Source of the DNA: Azolla caroliniana
Lineage: Eukaryota > Plantae > Polypodiophyta
Direction of reading: 5' to 3'
Length of the DNA: 64,000 nt
Assembly (NCBI GenBank): GCA_043228905.1
Contig: JBHGNT010000008.1
Span: 20,522,001-20,586,000 of the forward strand
A program made the position numbers and the translations under genes. Shown here one piece after another: positions 12,789-24,947 of the stretch (position 1 is the stretch's first letter; each line of letters opens with the position of its first letter). The notes below the pieces were generated by a model that was given only the letters and a program-made list of their open reading frames with translations, made no database searches and was not told the origin of the DNA.

Positions 12789-15700
12789 ATGGCAAACAAT
12801 GGTGATTTGTTTGGCATGCTTCAAGCTGAAGATAAGCTTGATGGGACAAACTATCCAATGTGGTCCTACATGATGAAACACGTTCTTGTTGCCAAACAAC
12901 TATGGAACATAGTGGTAGATGTAGATCGACGCCCCGCCGGTCCTACTACTTCACAGTCTACTATCACAGATACAGGTTCATCTTCGAGCACAGTGACTTC
13001 ATCTACTCCACCAACACAAGAGCAACTTAGATGGGATGGAAAAGATGCTCAAGCTCATGCATTGATTGCACTTTCTGTGAAGCGTCATATAGTTCCACAT
13101 ATTCGGTCATGCTCTACGTCCAAACAAGCATGGGACACTCTTGCTTCGTTGTATGCCGTGCGTAACGAAGCACGTGTTGCATATTTGAGAAAGCAACTTG
13201 AGGATGTATATATGGCTGAAAATGAGTCGGTAGATGTGTATGTGACACGCATTAAAGATTTGAAAGAGCAATTGGCAAACATTGATGAGATCATTTCGAA
13301 TACATCACTTGTCTCTACGTTGTTGAAAGGATTACCCGAATCTTTTCAAAGCTTTGCTACTACTATTCGTTTGGTTGCAAAAGGGAATACGGATATGTAC
13401 GTATTTGATGAGGTTGTGTCTCTTCTTTTGCAAGAAGAACAATCTAGAGTGAATAGAAGTGGTTTGATAGAGGGAACACAAGCACTTGCTATCTCACAAA
13501 AAGGAAAAGGCAAGCATGGTTCAGCTTTTGGTTCTTCAAAACCAAAGCCTCAACCTCCCTCTTTCACTTATTCCTCTAATGATGGTGATTTGCAAAAGAA
13601 GAAAAGATGCAAATATTGTCGAAAGGTTGGCCATACGATTGAAGAATGTAGAAAGCTTGTTAAGCGCAATGAGAAGAAGAAGGAATCCGGCATGACCATT
13701 TCTGAAAATGTTTCAAGTGCAAAGAGTGATGAGGCCAACATGGCTCAAGATTATTGGGCATGTGTTGTTACATATCATTATGATGCATCATTGCACTCTA
13801 AATGTATGGTTGTAAGTGAGATTGATTCGGATTGGTTCTTTGATAGTGGTGCTTCAAAGCACATTACTTCATGCAAAAGTTTTTTTGCATCCTTGAAAGA
13901 TGCACCCAAAGGTGGACATGTGGTGTGTGCAAACAATGCCTCTTATCCTATCATTGGAGTAGGAGAAATTGAGCTTTCGGCTGCAAATGGAGGTGTTGTC
14001 ATCTTAAAGAATGTATTGTATGTGCCCGGTATCAAGAAGAACTTAATTTCGGTTCCTTTGATTGCCAAAGCCGGACTTCATGTACATTTTGTTGATGATA
14101 AGTGCATGGTTCACGATTATAGCAATGGTGATGTTATCGTGATGTCCGGTACATTATGCAATGGCTTGTACCGTTTAGATACATACAAGAGGGCTTCTCT
14201 AAATGCCTTGGCTGTACATACTTCTTCCATGGCTGAAATGGAGCTTTGGCATGCTCGTTTTGGTCACTTGAACTTCAATAGTTTGCTTCACTTGCAAAAG
14301 AAGGATATGGTTATTGGGTTGCCTACACTTGAGTCCATTGAAAAACATGCATGTGAAGGTTGCATTCTTGGAAAAATGCATCGTGCTTCTTTTCCAAAAG
14401 ATAGTCATACACACACTACAAGAAAATTACAACTTGTTCATAGTGATGTGTGTGGTCCTGTAAAGACTCCATCTTTTGGAAAGCATGTATATTTTGTTAC
14501 CTTCATTGATGATGCTACTCGTCATACATGGGTGTATCCTATGAAAGCAAAGAATGAAGTCTTTTCTTGCTTCAAATCATTTTTAGCTATGGCTGAAAAT
14601 TTTTCCGCAAATAAGCTCTTGACTCTACGCACGGATCGTGGTGGCGAATATATGTCACATGAGTTTAATGCTTTTCTTTGTGAAAGAGGTATTTTACATC
14701 AATGTACGGTGCCATATACACCTCAACAAAATGGTGTTGCAGAACGCAAAAATAGAACACTCTTAGAGATGGCACGATGTATGGTTAAAGGAAAGCATCT
14801 TCCTAACAAGTTTTGGATGGAAGCGGTTATGTGTGCAAATTATGTGTTGAATCGTTGCCCTACAAAAGCGTTGAGAGTCATTACGCCATATGAGGCTTGG
14901 AATGGACATAAACCTATGGTTAGTCATATGCGTGTGTTCGGTTGTTTGGCATATGCTCTTGTGCCATCACAACAACGTCACAAACTTGATGACAAGGCAA
15001 AGAAATGCATATTTGTTGGTTATAGTGCGGAAAGTAAGGGATATCGTTTGTATCATCCATTGACGGACACAATTATTGTGAGTCGAGATGTGGTATTTGC
15101 TGAAAATTCAGCTTTCCCTTTTCTTGAATGCAAAAAACAACCAACAGTTAGCTCACAAGATGTGTTTGATACACTCATGCCTTTGTTCCAAAGTGCTGCG
15201 CTTGACCATGGACATGTAGACCAGCCAAGTGAGTCTCAAAGGGATAAAAATTTCCAGCAAATAAGTGTTGAAAATGCACGAAATGTCCAACCACATGTGG
15301 CTGAAAATGAGCATGAAATTCAGCCCACGCATGATGTACATATTGAAGATGTATTACATAATGAACGTATGGCTATCGAGAGGTCACAAACTATGCCGAG
15401 GTGGCTGAAACAAACTTTGCAAGATAGCAAATTGAGTGCACCTTTACTTGGTAAAACAAGATCAAGCTCTCGCCATGCATCAGGTAATTTTGTGGATTAT
15501 TCTATTGTTGCAATAGCATGTAATGAGGAGCCACTTACTTTTGAAGATGCATGTGATGATCCACATTGGATGAGTGCTATGCAATCAGAAATGGATTCCA
15601 TTCATAAAAATGGTACTTGGGAGTTATGTGAATTGCCAAAAGGAAAGAATGTGATTGGTACTAGGTGGGTTTACAAGATTAAACGAAAGCCCGATGGTAG

Positions 15701-15812
15701 TATTGATCGCTACAAAGCTAGATTGGTTGCCAAAGGATATGCCCAACAATATGGCATACATGAGTTTCCAAAGAAAAAGCAATTACCACTAGTGGACACG
15801 CGAGTATCATAA
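12789..15812 (+). CDS. Gag-protease-integrase-(N-terminal RT) polyprotein of copia C, truncated by an inversion
   Basis: About 1000-aa open frame: zinc knuckle CKYCRKVGHTIEEC, protease WFFDSGAS, integrase HSDVCGP/TDRGGEY/ERKNR, RT start YKARLVAKGYAQQYGI, then runs into inverted sequence. Confidence 0.92.
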   Translation: MANNGDLFGMLQAEDKLDGTNYPMWSYMMKHVLVAKQLWNIVVDVDRRPAGPTTSQSTITDTGSSSSTVTSSTPPTQEQLRWDGKDAQAHALIALSVKRHIVPHIRSCSTSKQAWDTLASLYAVRNEARVAYLRKQLEDVYMAENESVDVYVTRIKDLKEQLANIDEIISNTSLVSTLLKGLPESFQSFATTIRLVAKGNTDMYVFDEVVSLLLQEEQSRVNRSGLIEGTQALAISQKGKGKHGSAFGSSKPKPQPPSFTYSSNDGDLQKKKRCKYCRKVGHTIEECRKLVKRNEKKKESGMTISENVSSAKSDEANMAQDYWACVVTYHYDASLHSKCMVVSEIDSDWFFDSGASKHITSCKSFFASLKDAPKGGHVVCANNASYPIIGVGEIELSAANGGVVILKNVLYVPGIKKNLISVPLIAKAGLHVHFVDDKCMVHDYSNGDVIVMSGTLCNGLYRLDTYKRASLNALAVHTSSMAEMELWHARFGHLNFNSLLHLQKKDMVIGLPTLESIEKHACEGCILGKMHRASFPKDSHTHTTRKLQLVHSDVCGPVKTPSFGKHVYFVTFIDDATRHTWVYPMKAKNEVFSCFKSFLAMAENFSANKLLTLRTDRGGEYMSHEFNAFLCERGILHQCTVPYTPQQNGVAERKNRTLLEMARCMVKGKHLPNKFWMEAVMCANYVLNRCPTKALRVITPYEAWNGHKPMVSHMRVFGCLAYALVPSQQRHKLDDKAKKCIFVGYSAESKGYRLYHPLTDTIIVSRDVVFAENSAFPFLECKKQPTVSSQDVFDTLMPLFQSAALDHGHVDQPSESQRDKNFQQISVENARNVQPHVAENEHEIQPTHDVHIEDVLHNERMAIERSQTMPRWLKQTLQDSKLSAPLLGKTRSSSRHASGNFVDYSIVAIACNEEPLTFEDACDDPHWMSAMQSEMDSIHKNGTWELCELPKGKNVIGTRWVYKIKRKPDGSIDRYKARLVAKGYAQQYGIHEFPKKKQLPLVDTRVS

Positions 15813-16668
15813 CAACCAGCCCAATCACTATCTGTAAAAGCATGCAAGCATGGCTGAGTATCTCTGCCATAAAAGAGACCCAAGCTCAAAGTGCCTCTAA
15901 GATATCTGAACACACGTTTCACTACTTGCCAATGCTTAGTGCCAGGGCTATGCATGAATCGACTCAATTGGGAGACTGCATACTGTATATCCGGCCTTGT
16001 ATTGCATGCATATATAAGACATCCCACAGCTTGTTGATAAAGAGAAGTATCAAACGCATCACTAGAATCCTCAACAGAGAACCTAAATCCTGTCTCCACA
16101 GGTGTATAAACCGGCTTGCAATCCTCAAAGTCAAAACGCTGAAGTAGTTTTTCAACATACTTTCCTTGATGCATAAACATTCCCCCCTCAACGGATACAA
16201 ACTGGATGCCAAGATAGTAGCTCAAAAGACCAAGATAAGTGACTTCAAAAGTATGCTGCAAATCAGCCATAAGAAAATTGAGTTTTGCATCACATGACCC
16301 AGTCAAGAGTATGTCATCAACATAAAGAACGAGCACTAGAAGATCAGCCCCATCTTTGCGTACATAAAGTGTGCTTTCAATCGGACTACATGTGAAGCCA
16401 AGAGAAATCAAGTGCTTATGGATTTTTTCATAGCATGCACGCGGAGCTTGCTTGAGACCATACAAGGCCTTATGCAAGCGACAAACCATATGCTCTTTCT
16501 CTTTCGTAGCAAATCCAGGAGGTTGCTTCACATAAACCTCTTCTTGCAAATCACCATTTAAAAAGGCTGTTTTTATGTCCAATTGATGCATTTTCCAACC
16601 TCTTTGGGCAGCCAATGCAACCACGGTACGAATGGTAGTCATGCGTGAAGTAGGTGCAAAAGTTTCCT
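15759..16668 (-). other. Inverted reverse-transcriptase segment of copia C
   Basis: Minus-strand frame reads EETFAPTSRMTT..HQLDIKTAFLNG..LYGLKQAPR..LYVDDILL..FTDSDWAG..GNSC with no stops. Confidence 0.93.
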
Positions 16669-16900
16669 CACAGATAGTCAGAGTGCATTGGCTGTTGCAC
16701 GAAATCCTGTATTTCATGCACGGACCAAACACATTGAGGTGCATTATCACTATGTGAGAGAGCGCTTTCATGCAGGAGATATTGATTTGGTATATGTGCC
16801 TACACAAGATAACGTGGCAGACATATTCACCAAAGCTCTTCCACGAGAAAAGTTTGAAGCTTTTCGCAAAGCTTTAGGCTTATTGCCTTGTGGGGGCTGA
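16669..16900 (+). pseudogene. RNase H C-terminal half of copia C
   Basis: TDSQSALAVARNPVFHARTKHIEVHYHYVRE..ADIFTKAL resumes on the plus strand. Confidence 0.9.
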
Positions 16901-19446
16901 TCTGTCACTCCTTGTACATGTTCACATCATTCGCTCCAGGGGGGTTTGTTACACTTGCGTGTTCCTCTAGTAGCTTTGATGTGAACCATTTTCCCTATAC
17001 ATGGGCACTTTTTACTCTAGTGCTGGCTAGAGGTTTTTTCCCCATGTTACCACATACATGAGTCACTCATATGTGGTGGTACTTAGTACTTAGGGATATA
17101 TATTTCAGCTTCAAATTTTTTTAAGATTCATTCATCAATAGAGAGCTATTCCAGCCATTGCCTTCCTCGTGTGAGTGCTTCCTTCTTTGAGCTTCTTGTG
17201 TGTTTCCCACTCTTCCTCACATACCCAACACATCTTCACCAGATGGATGTGAAGAATGCGTTTCTTCAAGGTGACCTTGAAGAACGGGTCTATATGATCC
17301 AACCTCCCGGTTTTCAGTCGGAGATGAACAAGTCGGTGGTGTGCCGGCTTAAGAAGTCGCTTTACGGTTTGAAACAAGCCCCCCGAGCTTCGAATGCGAA
17401 GATTACGCACCGGTTGCGTAAGATGAGGTTTGTGACCTCTAAATCTGACTCATCGTTGTTCATCTAGCAAGGTCCGGACGGTCATGTTTGCATCCTACTT
17501 TATGTTGATGATTTAGTCCTCACCGGACCCGGACTCAATGAAATCGGCTGAGTAAAGTCCCAGTTGTCGGATGCATTTGAAATGAAGGACCTGGGGGACC
17601 TTCATTATTTTCTTGGGATCGAGGTGATCCGAACCCCCCACGGCATATTGCTCTCACAACTATACTATGTGTTGAATATGTTGTACAAGTTCGGCATGAC
17701 AGAATGCCGACCTGTCTCAACACCCCTGGACCAGAACCAGAACCTCTGTCCCAACTCCGGACCGGCCTGCGATGAGAAACGGTTCTGACAAATTGTCGGA
17801 AACCTCATATACCTGACAATCACTCGACCCGACCTTAGTTACCCGATCGGAGTGATCAGCCAGTTCATGCAGAAGCCGACCAATGAGCACCTTCAATGCG
17901 CACAACAGATACTCTGGTATGTTAGCGGCATGAAGGATCGAGGACTGTTATACCGACACGGTATAGCTGGGAAGTTAGTCGGATATACCGATGCCGACTA
18001 GGCTGGTGACGCATCGGATCGCCGATCCACCTCCGGTTACATGTTTTCTCTAGGTAGCGCGGCTGTTGCGTGGAGCAGCAAGAAGCAACCAATAGTGGCT
18101 CTATCGAGCACTGAGGTTGAATACCAGGGCGCTACCAATCCCACCTATGAAGCCATCTGGCTTCGGCTACTACTGCAAGACCTGCAAATTGAGGTACCGA
18201 CCCCGATCCTGATCTACTGTGACAACATGAGCAACATTCAGCTCGCTAAGAACCCCGTGTTCCATGCTCGGACGAAGCACATAGAAGTCCACTATCACTT
18301 TGTGCGTGAGCGGGGTTTGAGCGGTGAGGTTGAACTTCGGTATGTTCAGACGGATTGGCAAGTTGTCGATATCTTCACCAAACCACTCAGATCGGACAAG
18401 TTGTAGCACTTCACCGAAATGCTTGGTGTTCAGCATCTCGACGTGCCGCACTTGAGGGGGAGAAAAGGAACGGGAACGGATGGCACCGGACAAGGAGCCG
18501 GAGAGGAAGAAAGAACCAACAAAAGGGGAGACAAAGGGAAAAAGGAAGCCAAGTTGATGAAGGAAGTCAGCACATCCGAACAAGTTGGAACAAGCGGCAG
18601 CAGCGACAGAGTGAAGAAGGATAGAGCCAACCGGAAGGAGAAGCCCAAGACCCGAACATGGTCTGATATGGTGAAGGGCCTGAAACAAGAAGAGGAGTTG
18701 GAGAACACCGACTCGAACAAGAGCCAGAACGAATCAGGAGCGACCGATTCGAACAAGAGTTGGAACAAATCGAAGGAAACCAATTCAGTTCAAGATTTGG
18801 AGAAGCCAGATCAACGAAATGCCAAACGGACACAGACACAGCGGAAGTCGATGCCAACACAAAGGAACCAATGGGTGGACAAGTACCGGAGTCGCAACAG
18901 CGAGGGAGCTGAAATGGGCTTGTTGAACAGACAAGCCGACCGAGGATGTCGAGGTGCGCAGAACCAGAAGGGTCGCGGCAAACAGGACCGGACCGGATGA
19001 GGAGTGCAAGCAAGGCGGAGCAACGCCAGAAGGAGTCGCGTAGAAGAACCGGTTGCCACGGACACTAACACCACGATCTGACCTCAAGTTGAGCTTGAGG
19101 GGGAGTGTTGAGCGAGCAAGCTCAACCGGATCCGGATCGGCTGAAGAAGCCTGAGCCGAATCGGCATTCGAAAGGATGATCCAGATCAGTATACGGATGG
19201 TATCCGGAAACAACCGGCCGGATTAGGGAGACAGATCGGAGAGCCGGATTCGAGCAGGAACCGAAAGCCTAGTAGTAGCCTAGACTACTAGGTAATCATT
19301 GTCTCGTAGTTAGTGTCAGTTGCATATAGGAATATTGAAGTACCTGTCAGTACTTCTGACAGTCCTTTATGGACTTGTATAAATAGTGTTGTTTACAACG
19401 TTGTATGTACAGAGTTTTAGAGTGATATTTTGGATTGAGTTTATGT

Positions 19447-19498
<52 letters not shown>

Positions 19499-19775
19499 TA
19501 AGCTTCTCCATTAAACCTTCATCTTATTCTCTGTTGCTATCTGGCTGAGCCGGTTCTATCTAATGCTTTCGCACGTTTACATTAACAAACCATTACCGTG
19601 ATATAGTAATGTTTCTAATTGTACTTTCCATGCAAGCGGGGTGCTCAACTACATTTGGACATAGAGTATCTAAACCTTTTTCTTTTAGACCCTTCATCAA
19701 ACATGTTAGATTCTCTTAATGCAGCTTTAAGGTTGATAATTGCTCACTTTCTGAATTTTGGATTGTTGATGCAAT

Positions 19776-20400
19776 TCATTCGTATGTATTCGACATATAT
19801 GTGAATTGTTTCTCTGCTGCCATCTCACCAGATGAAACTTCTTCCAAATCGGCCAACAGTGCTTGCATTTTTGTTTGCATGGAAGCTATACATCGCAACA
19901 ATCGCTCTTCATGTTTTTCTGTCAGTGTGGCTTTCTGTTTTGCAATTTGTTGAGTCAACACAAATGTCCAAGTTGGGATTTCAATATGAGAGGTACCCTC
20001 AGATTTCATGGTAGTGTTGGTACTTGAGGAACCTCTATAATGTGATGATCGATGATGAGCAAAATCTTCCCAATCAAATTCAATGCCACCATGGAGTTCA
20101 CATGCAAATCCACATGCAAAGACAGATCCTACCTCATTGTTTAGGATATGTTTCGTATCATAAACTTGTTCATATCGTGACTTTAGTTCACTGATATAAT
20201 CCTTCTTCAATTGAGTGAGGTGGAAACCTCTCTGTGTCTTGGGTTATGATGAGCCCCAAGTTTTCATCATCCACATGTCTAGGTCTTCATAAGTGTAAGG
20301 CCGTGCACGAAGGAAATAACCCCATCCCAATTTTGTACCTCGAAGGATGTTTGTGTGAACCTTTTTTCCCTGAGTTGCTTAAAACTTCAACCTCCCTCTA
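19776..20400 (-). pseudogene. Unassigned coding-like remnant
   Basis: 144-aa ORF (19776-20210) with protein-like composition and a coiled-coil end. Family not recognised. Confidence 0.3.
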
Positions 20401-23400
20401 GTAGGGGTCATCTTACTTTCTTTGATGGGGGTCCTTTTTCTTTCCTTGCATGGTGTGATGACATTTTTGGTGACCATTTTCTTCTTTGTGGGTGTCTTCC
20501 TTGTCATGTGAATCCTGTCTCTCTTCTTCGCCTCACATGCACAACAATAGTAAATAACAATAAATCATGCACAACAATAGTAAACAATATTAAATAATAT
20601 ACAATTCAAGGAGATGTCGGATATGAAACATAATGTTAACTCCCGATACTTAACATATACACATGTTGACCGACTCTCAAAATCAAGCATATGCATGTAC
20701 AAAGCTCTCAAATGATCAAGGGAGAACAACAACAAAAAAACCCTAAAAGATAATAACATATAGATAAACATGTCCCAAACATCGTTATGGTTGCAGATGT
20801 AAAGAAATAGATAGAAAATGACAAAAACAGATAGAATCAAACATACAAACATATAGTAAAGCAAGTACCAAATGTCATTGTTGAAGTCTTTGAAGAGGGG
20901 ACGCATTTGAAACACACCGGGTAGAGGGAACCAGGTAGAGGGAACACTTGGAGGTAGAGGGAACATGACCAGCAGAGCAGAGACCGATGCGAAGAGGACA
21001 CGGTGTGTAGACCACACTTTAGAGAACGCTTGAGAGAGAGAACGCGGGCAGCAGAGGAAAGCTCGGTGTTACGAGGACACAGTACAACGGTTGAGAGAGA
21101 GAATACCTAAGAGAGAGGACACGACAAGGACACAGTTGAAGACCTAATGTCGATGCAGCGAGGACACAATACAACACCTGAGCGTATTGTTGTTGCAAAG
21201 AGGACACGACAAGTAGGGAATGGGTTTAGGGTTTGCAGGGTGACCAAAGAACGTGGAGAAACCTATGCAGAAGTTGGAAGAGAGATCTGGGAGGGAGGGA
21301 GGGAGGGAGGGAGGGAGGGGGGTACGAACGTAGTGAATAAACGAGTAGAAGGGGGAAGGAAAGAGTGCGAGAGAGAGGAGGTACGAACCTAGGGAATTAC
21401 CAAGTGTAGAGAGAGAGACAGAGACTAATTGACTAACTAACTAACAGTTCGAGATAAACCTGTTATTTGCCAAGAGATATAGAGTGGAAGAGAGACAGGC
21501 TGACTATCTTCATGATTGACTGACAACTCAAGAAATTATATAGTTAAGACCTCCTTACAACATTACCTAGGATTTTAACACAAGTGATGTTTATTCATAT
21601 TTGAAATCTATTTTCATTGAATGTGACTTTTAATTTTAAGACAAGTGATCAACTTTTTAAACCCAAATATTGGATTTATTTTTACATTTTTAAGTTTTTC
21701 CTCATGGAATTAGTACTAAAGTTTTGGCCAAAAGTTGGTACACCGTACTGTGCTTTCACCCATATGTTTATATAGACATAGACATGTAGGTAGTTATCCA
21801 CTATGCAAGCCCTTGGTTGACTCGAGACTGGGTTGCCATTTGTCTCTTGGGCATAATCAAGCATATTACTCCTTGATGGTTGGCGAAAAAAAATATGACA
21901 ATCTCCCGGACCCACTAGAAGACGTTCGGCTAGTGTCAAGTTAATATCGTTGATTGCAAGCAAAACAAGGTATAGAGTGGTCGTATGCTGAGTCGATATG
22001 AATAAGCCCACTTTACTAACAAGCAAGTAGGGCACAATCTTTTTCATGATTTAACCTTATTTTCATGAGTTGTCATGTCCACGATCAATGGGAGAATGTA
22101 ATTGACACTTATCAAGTATACAACCCTATCCAATATCACAACACGACACTTTTGCACGATATTCTATTGATCATTCTTGAAACCAGGGGAGTTCATTATA
22201 TTTAATGAGTTTGTCGACACATTTGAAACCCCTAATAATGACTTTTTGAATTATTTCAAAGACCTTTTCATATATGTATACTAATGAGTCAAGTGACTAA
22301 TAAAAATATTCCTTAAAGTCTCAAATTTAGATTTACCCTATGGAGAGTTTAGAAACAAAACTTCTTTTAAACCCTCTTCTAGTGCCCTTTAAATTGTGTT
22401 GTATACTCAATTGGACAATAAGCTTTCTTTTACTCTGCCTTCAATTCAGTAGATCAAGAGGAGGTAGGTTGTGTTGCCAAACATTTTCCACTCCATGCGA
22501 TTTGGTAAATATATCCACCAATTCTTATTTGGTCAAGATATATCAATTTAAAGATTGATGGATATGTTCTACATTGATTTCTTTGACTACGTAACCGGCT
22601 TAGGGGATGAGTAGTGGTAATTCACTACAATGTGTATTAGGTTCACATTAAGTATAGGGTTTTGTGTTAATTGCACACTACTAAGGATGGAGATGCATGC
22701 TCAAGTTGAAAAGAGAAAATCAACATTTTGACTACCATGAATATCCGAGGATAATAAACAAATGAAGATGTTACTCAATTAAGGTAATGAGCAAGTGGCC
22801 ATGAGAGATGAGGCCGAAGAGTTATAGCATGACGAAAAAAAAGGTGGGAATTTTCTATGATGTGACCAAGAAAAACGTGGCAATTGCGCGGGCCCACCAT
22901 AAGATGTTTGGAAAGGTGTCAGATGAATATGGTTGAATGCAAGTAGTAGGATTTATGGATTGGTCGCATGCGAACACAATATGATCAATCCAAACATTCT
23001 GAATCAGAATAAGATTGCAAAATGCCAGAATGGTTTAGATTTATTCAAAATGGCAATCAAAATTGTGTAAGGATAACAAAATATTTTCACTCTAGGCAAA
23101 ATACTAGAGTGATTAATATCTTTGCATTTACTTAAGATAATGTCACATGTCCTTCCACATTTGGATTAAAAATGACACACTCATTTATACAATGATTAAC
23201 CATTTCATATGCATCTACTCTTTTACAACAATCGTTGAAAATGTCGTATCTTGTCCAAATATAAAATCTTGTTTTTGGTCCCCTCTAGAGGCAGGATTGT
23301 GATGATTGAATGCGATTTAGTTTCTTCTCTCCCCATACACAATCGTGCATAAGTTGTGATTTCTAGCAATATCTAACCCTCATAAATGAACTCCACTATT

Positions 23401-23765
23401 TGAATTTTGGGATCAATTTAGACGTCTACCAGCTATGTTTAACATATATGAGATTTCAAACAAATTCAGTTTTATAGCATTGATAGCTAGATAACAATAC
23501 GAAATACGCGATGAATGGAGATTTCTAGCATTGATGGCAACCATGGTATACCCTCGTAGTGTTGTTTTCGTTTTTTGGATCGTGAGCAAAGAGTCAAGAC
23601 ATATGGTTGGTAAATCATTTGGAAAGAACAGTAAAGGCTAGATCTATTATTATTCAATGAGAATTTTACAACATGGACATTTTCATGTGATGGCCAAAGT
23701 AGATCATGCCAAGAGGTATTATTCACCAAGATTGGGTTAGCAACCTCACGTGACGCACATGTTTT

Positions 23766-24859
23766 TTAACAAGAGAGGTTGGATCCTGGATCTACACCCA
23801 AGGTGCTGCAGAACGATTGGTAGAGCTGGATTCGGTGTTGTTGGCCGGCCAGGTTTGAGGGGTTGCTTCCACACTCGAGGCCCCCATTTATCGCATTGAT
23901 CGTGGCACCGAACCCATTGCCGTTCACCATGGCATTGTGACACGTTGGTGACGAGCTGGTCATCCAGAACCAAACGGCCGTCTTGAAGGAGATGGTGGGA
24001 TCGGAGGCGACGATGCCGGGGTTGTTGATTCCGTCGAACCCGATGGCATCCCCAGCAGCCTTATAGTTGTAGTTCCATGAGAGTTGGATGGGGCCACGGC
24101 CGTAGTACTGCTGTCCGGACGCACAAGGGACACCCGACGATGTGTCGCAGTACGTGGCCTTGTTAATCTCCTCCACGTATTGTCCACCTGAGACCACAAA
24201 ATATTTACCAACATATTATGGCTCCATGGTTCGAAATATGTACACAGAGAGAGGGAGAGAGAGAGAGAGAGAGAGATAGGGTTTTTCGTTACTGTCTGTC
24301 TTGGTCACATACTTCCTGTCTCGTGCGCGATGTTGGCGAAGAACGCCGCTAGCTCGCGCTTCTGGACATCGGAGCTGCCGGTGGTCCCGAAGCCAGCGTA
24401 GGCGGCAGCCGCTGCGAGGAAGGCGTCGTAAGTGTAGAAGCCGTTGGCGGGAGCCGAGTTCCGTTGGGAGAGGAACTGATTGAAGATGGCGCTGGTGATG
24501 ATGGAGGAGACACCAGCGCTGGAGGAGGAGGTGCAGGGCCCGCTCTGGCAGCCGGTGCCGCAGTAATCGCTTGTGGAGCCGCAGTAGCCGTACTGGCTGC
24601 AGCAGAGGTTTGAGGCGCACGCCGGGTTGCAGCCGCCGCCGGAGGAGGAAGAAGTGCAGGGCCCGCTCTGGCAGCCGGTTCCACAATAATCGCTCGTGGA
24701 GCCGCAGTAGCCGTATTGGCTGCAGCAGAGATTATTGGCGCACGTGGCGCCTCCCGCCTGGCTGCCGCACTGCTGGGCAAGGCACGTGCCGGAGAGGAGC
24801 AGCGCCGCCCACAGAACGGAAGTGACTCCGCCCAAGTACTGCCGCTGCGTCGTGGCCAT
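23766..24859 (-). CDS. GH19 chitinase with two tandem hevein (CBM18) domains, 322 aa; exons 24859-24313 and 24187-23766
   Basis: Signal peptide, [25 protein letters not shown].. followed by [19 protein letters not shown]... HETG|SGQYVEEI across a GT-AG intron (24312-24188). [27 protein letters not shown] stop. Confidence 0.96.
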
Positions 24860-24937
24860 AGAACTCTTTCAAGTATAAATGAATAAGTTTGTTTGATTTA
24901 ATTTGTATGTGACAAGAACCTCCCCTTGTATGTGTTT

Positions 24938-24947
24938 GTTTATATAG
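24938..24947 (-). promoter_or_regulatory. Putative TATA box of chitinase 2
   Basis: CTATATAAAC on the minus strand about 80 bp upstream of the ATG. Confidence 0.55.

Larger units (their letters stand above)
12218..17230 (+). mobile_element. Young Ty1/copia element C nested in the RT of element B
   Basis: 284-bp LTRs 12218-12501 and 16947-17230 look identical. TSD CATCT. PBS TGGTATCAGAGCC at 12503. G-rich PPT before 16947. Confidence 0.97.
10997..19587 (+). mobile_element. Ty1/copia element B, internally deleted, host of nested element C
   Basis: LTRs 10997-11436 and 19106-19587. TSD AACCA on both sides. Met-type PBS TGGTATCAAAGC at 11437. PPT 19094-19105. gag (~11540-12190) is joined directly to mid-RT; RT/RNase H at 17231-18420 has stops. 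Confidence 0.95.

Noticed and set aside
8318-21560. Possible terminal inverted repeats (TGTAAGGAG at ~8326 and its complement at ~21551)
   Set aside because: Only about 9 bp match and no TSD was found; insufficient to call a DNA transposon.
24216-24825. Overlapping alternative-frame and antisense ORFs over the chitinases (also 5428-5969 and 27773-28773)
   Set aside because: By-products of the GC-rich codon usage of the real genes; no independent motifs.
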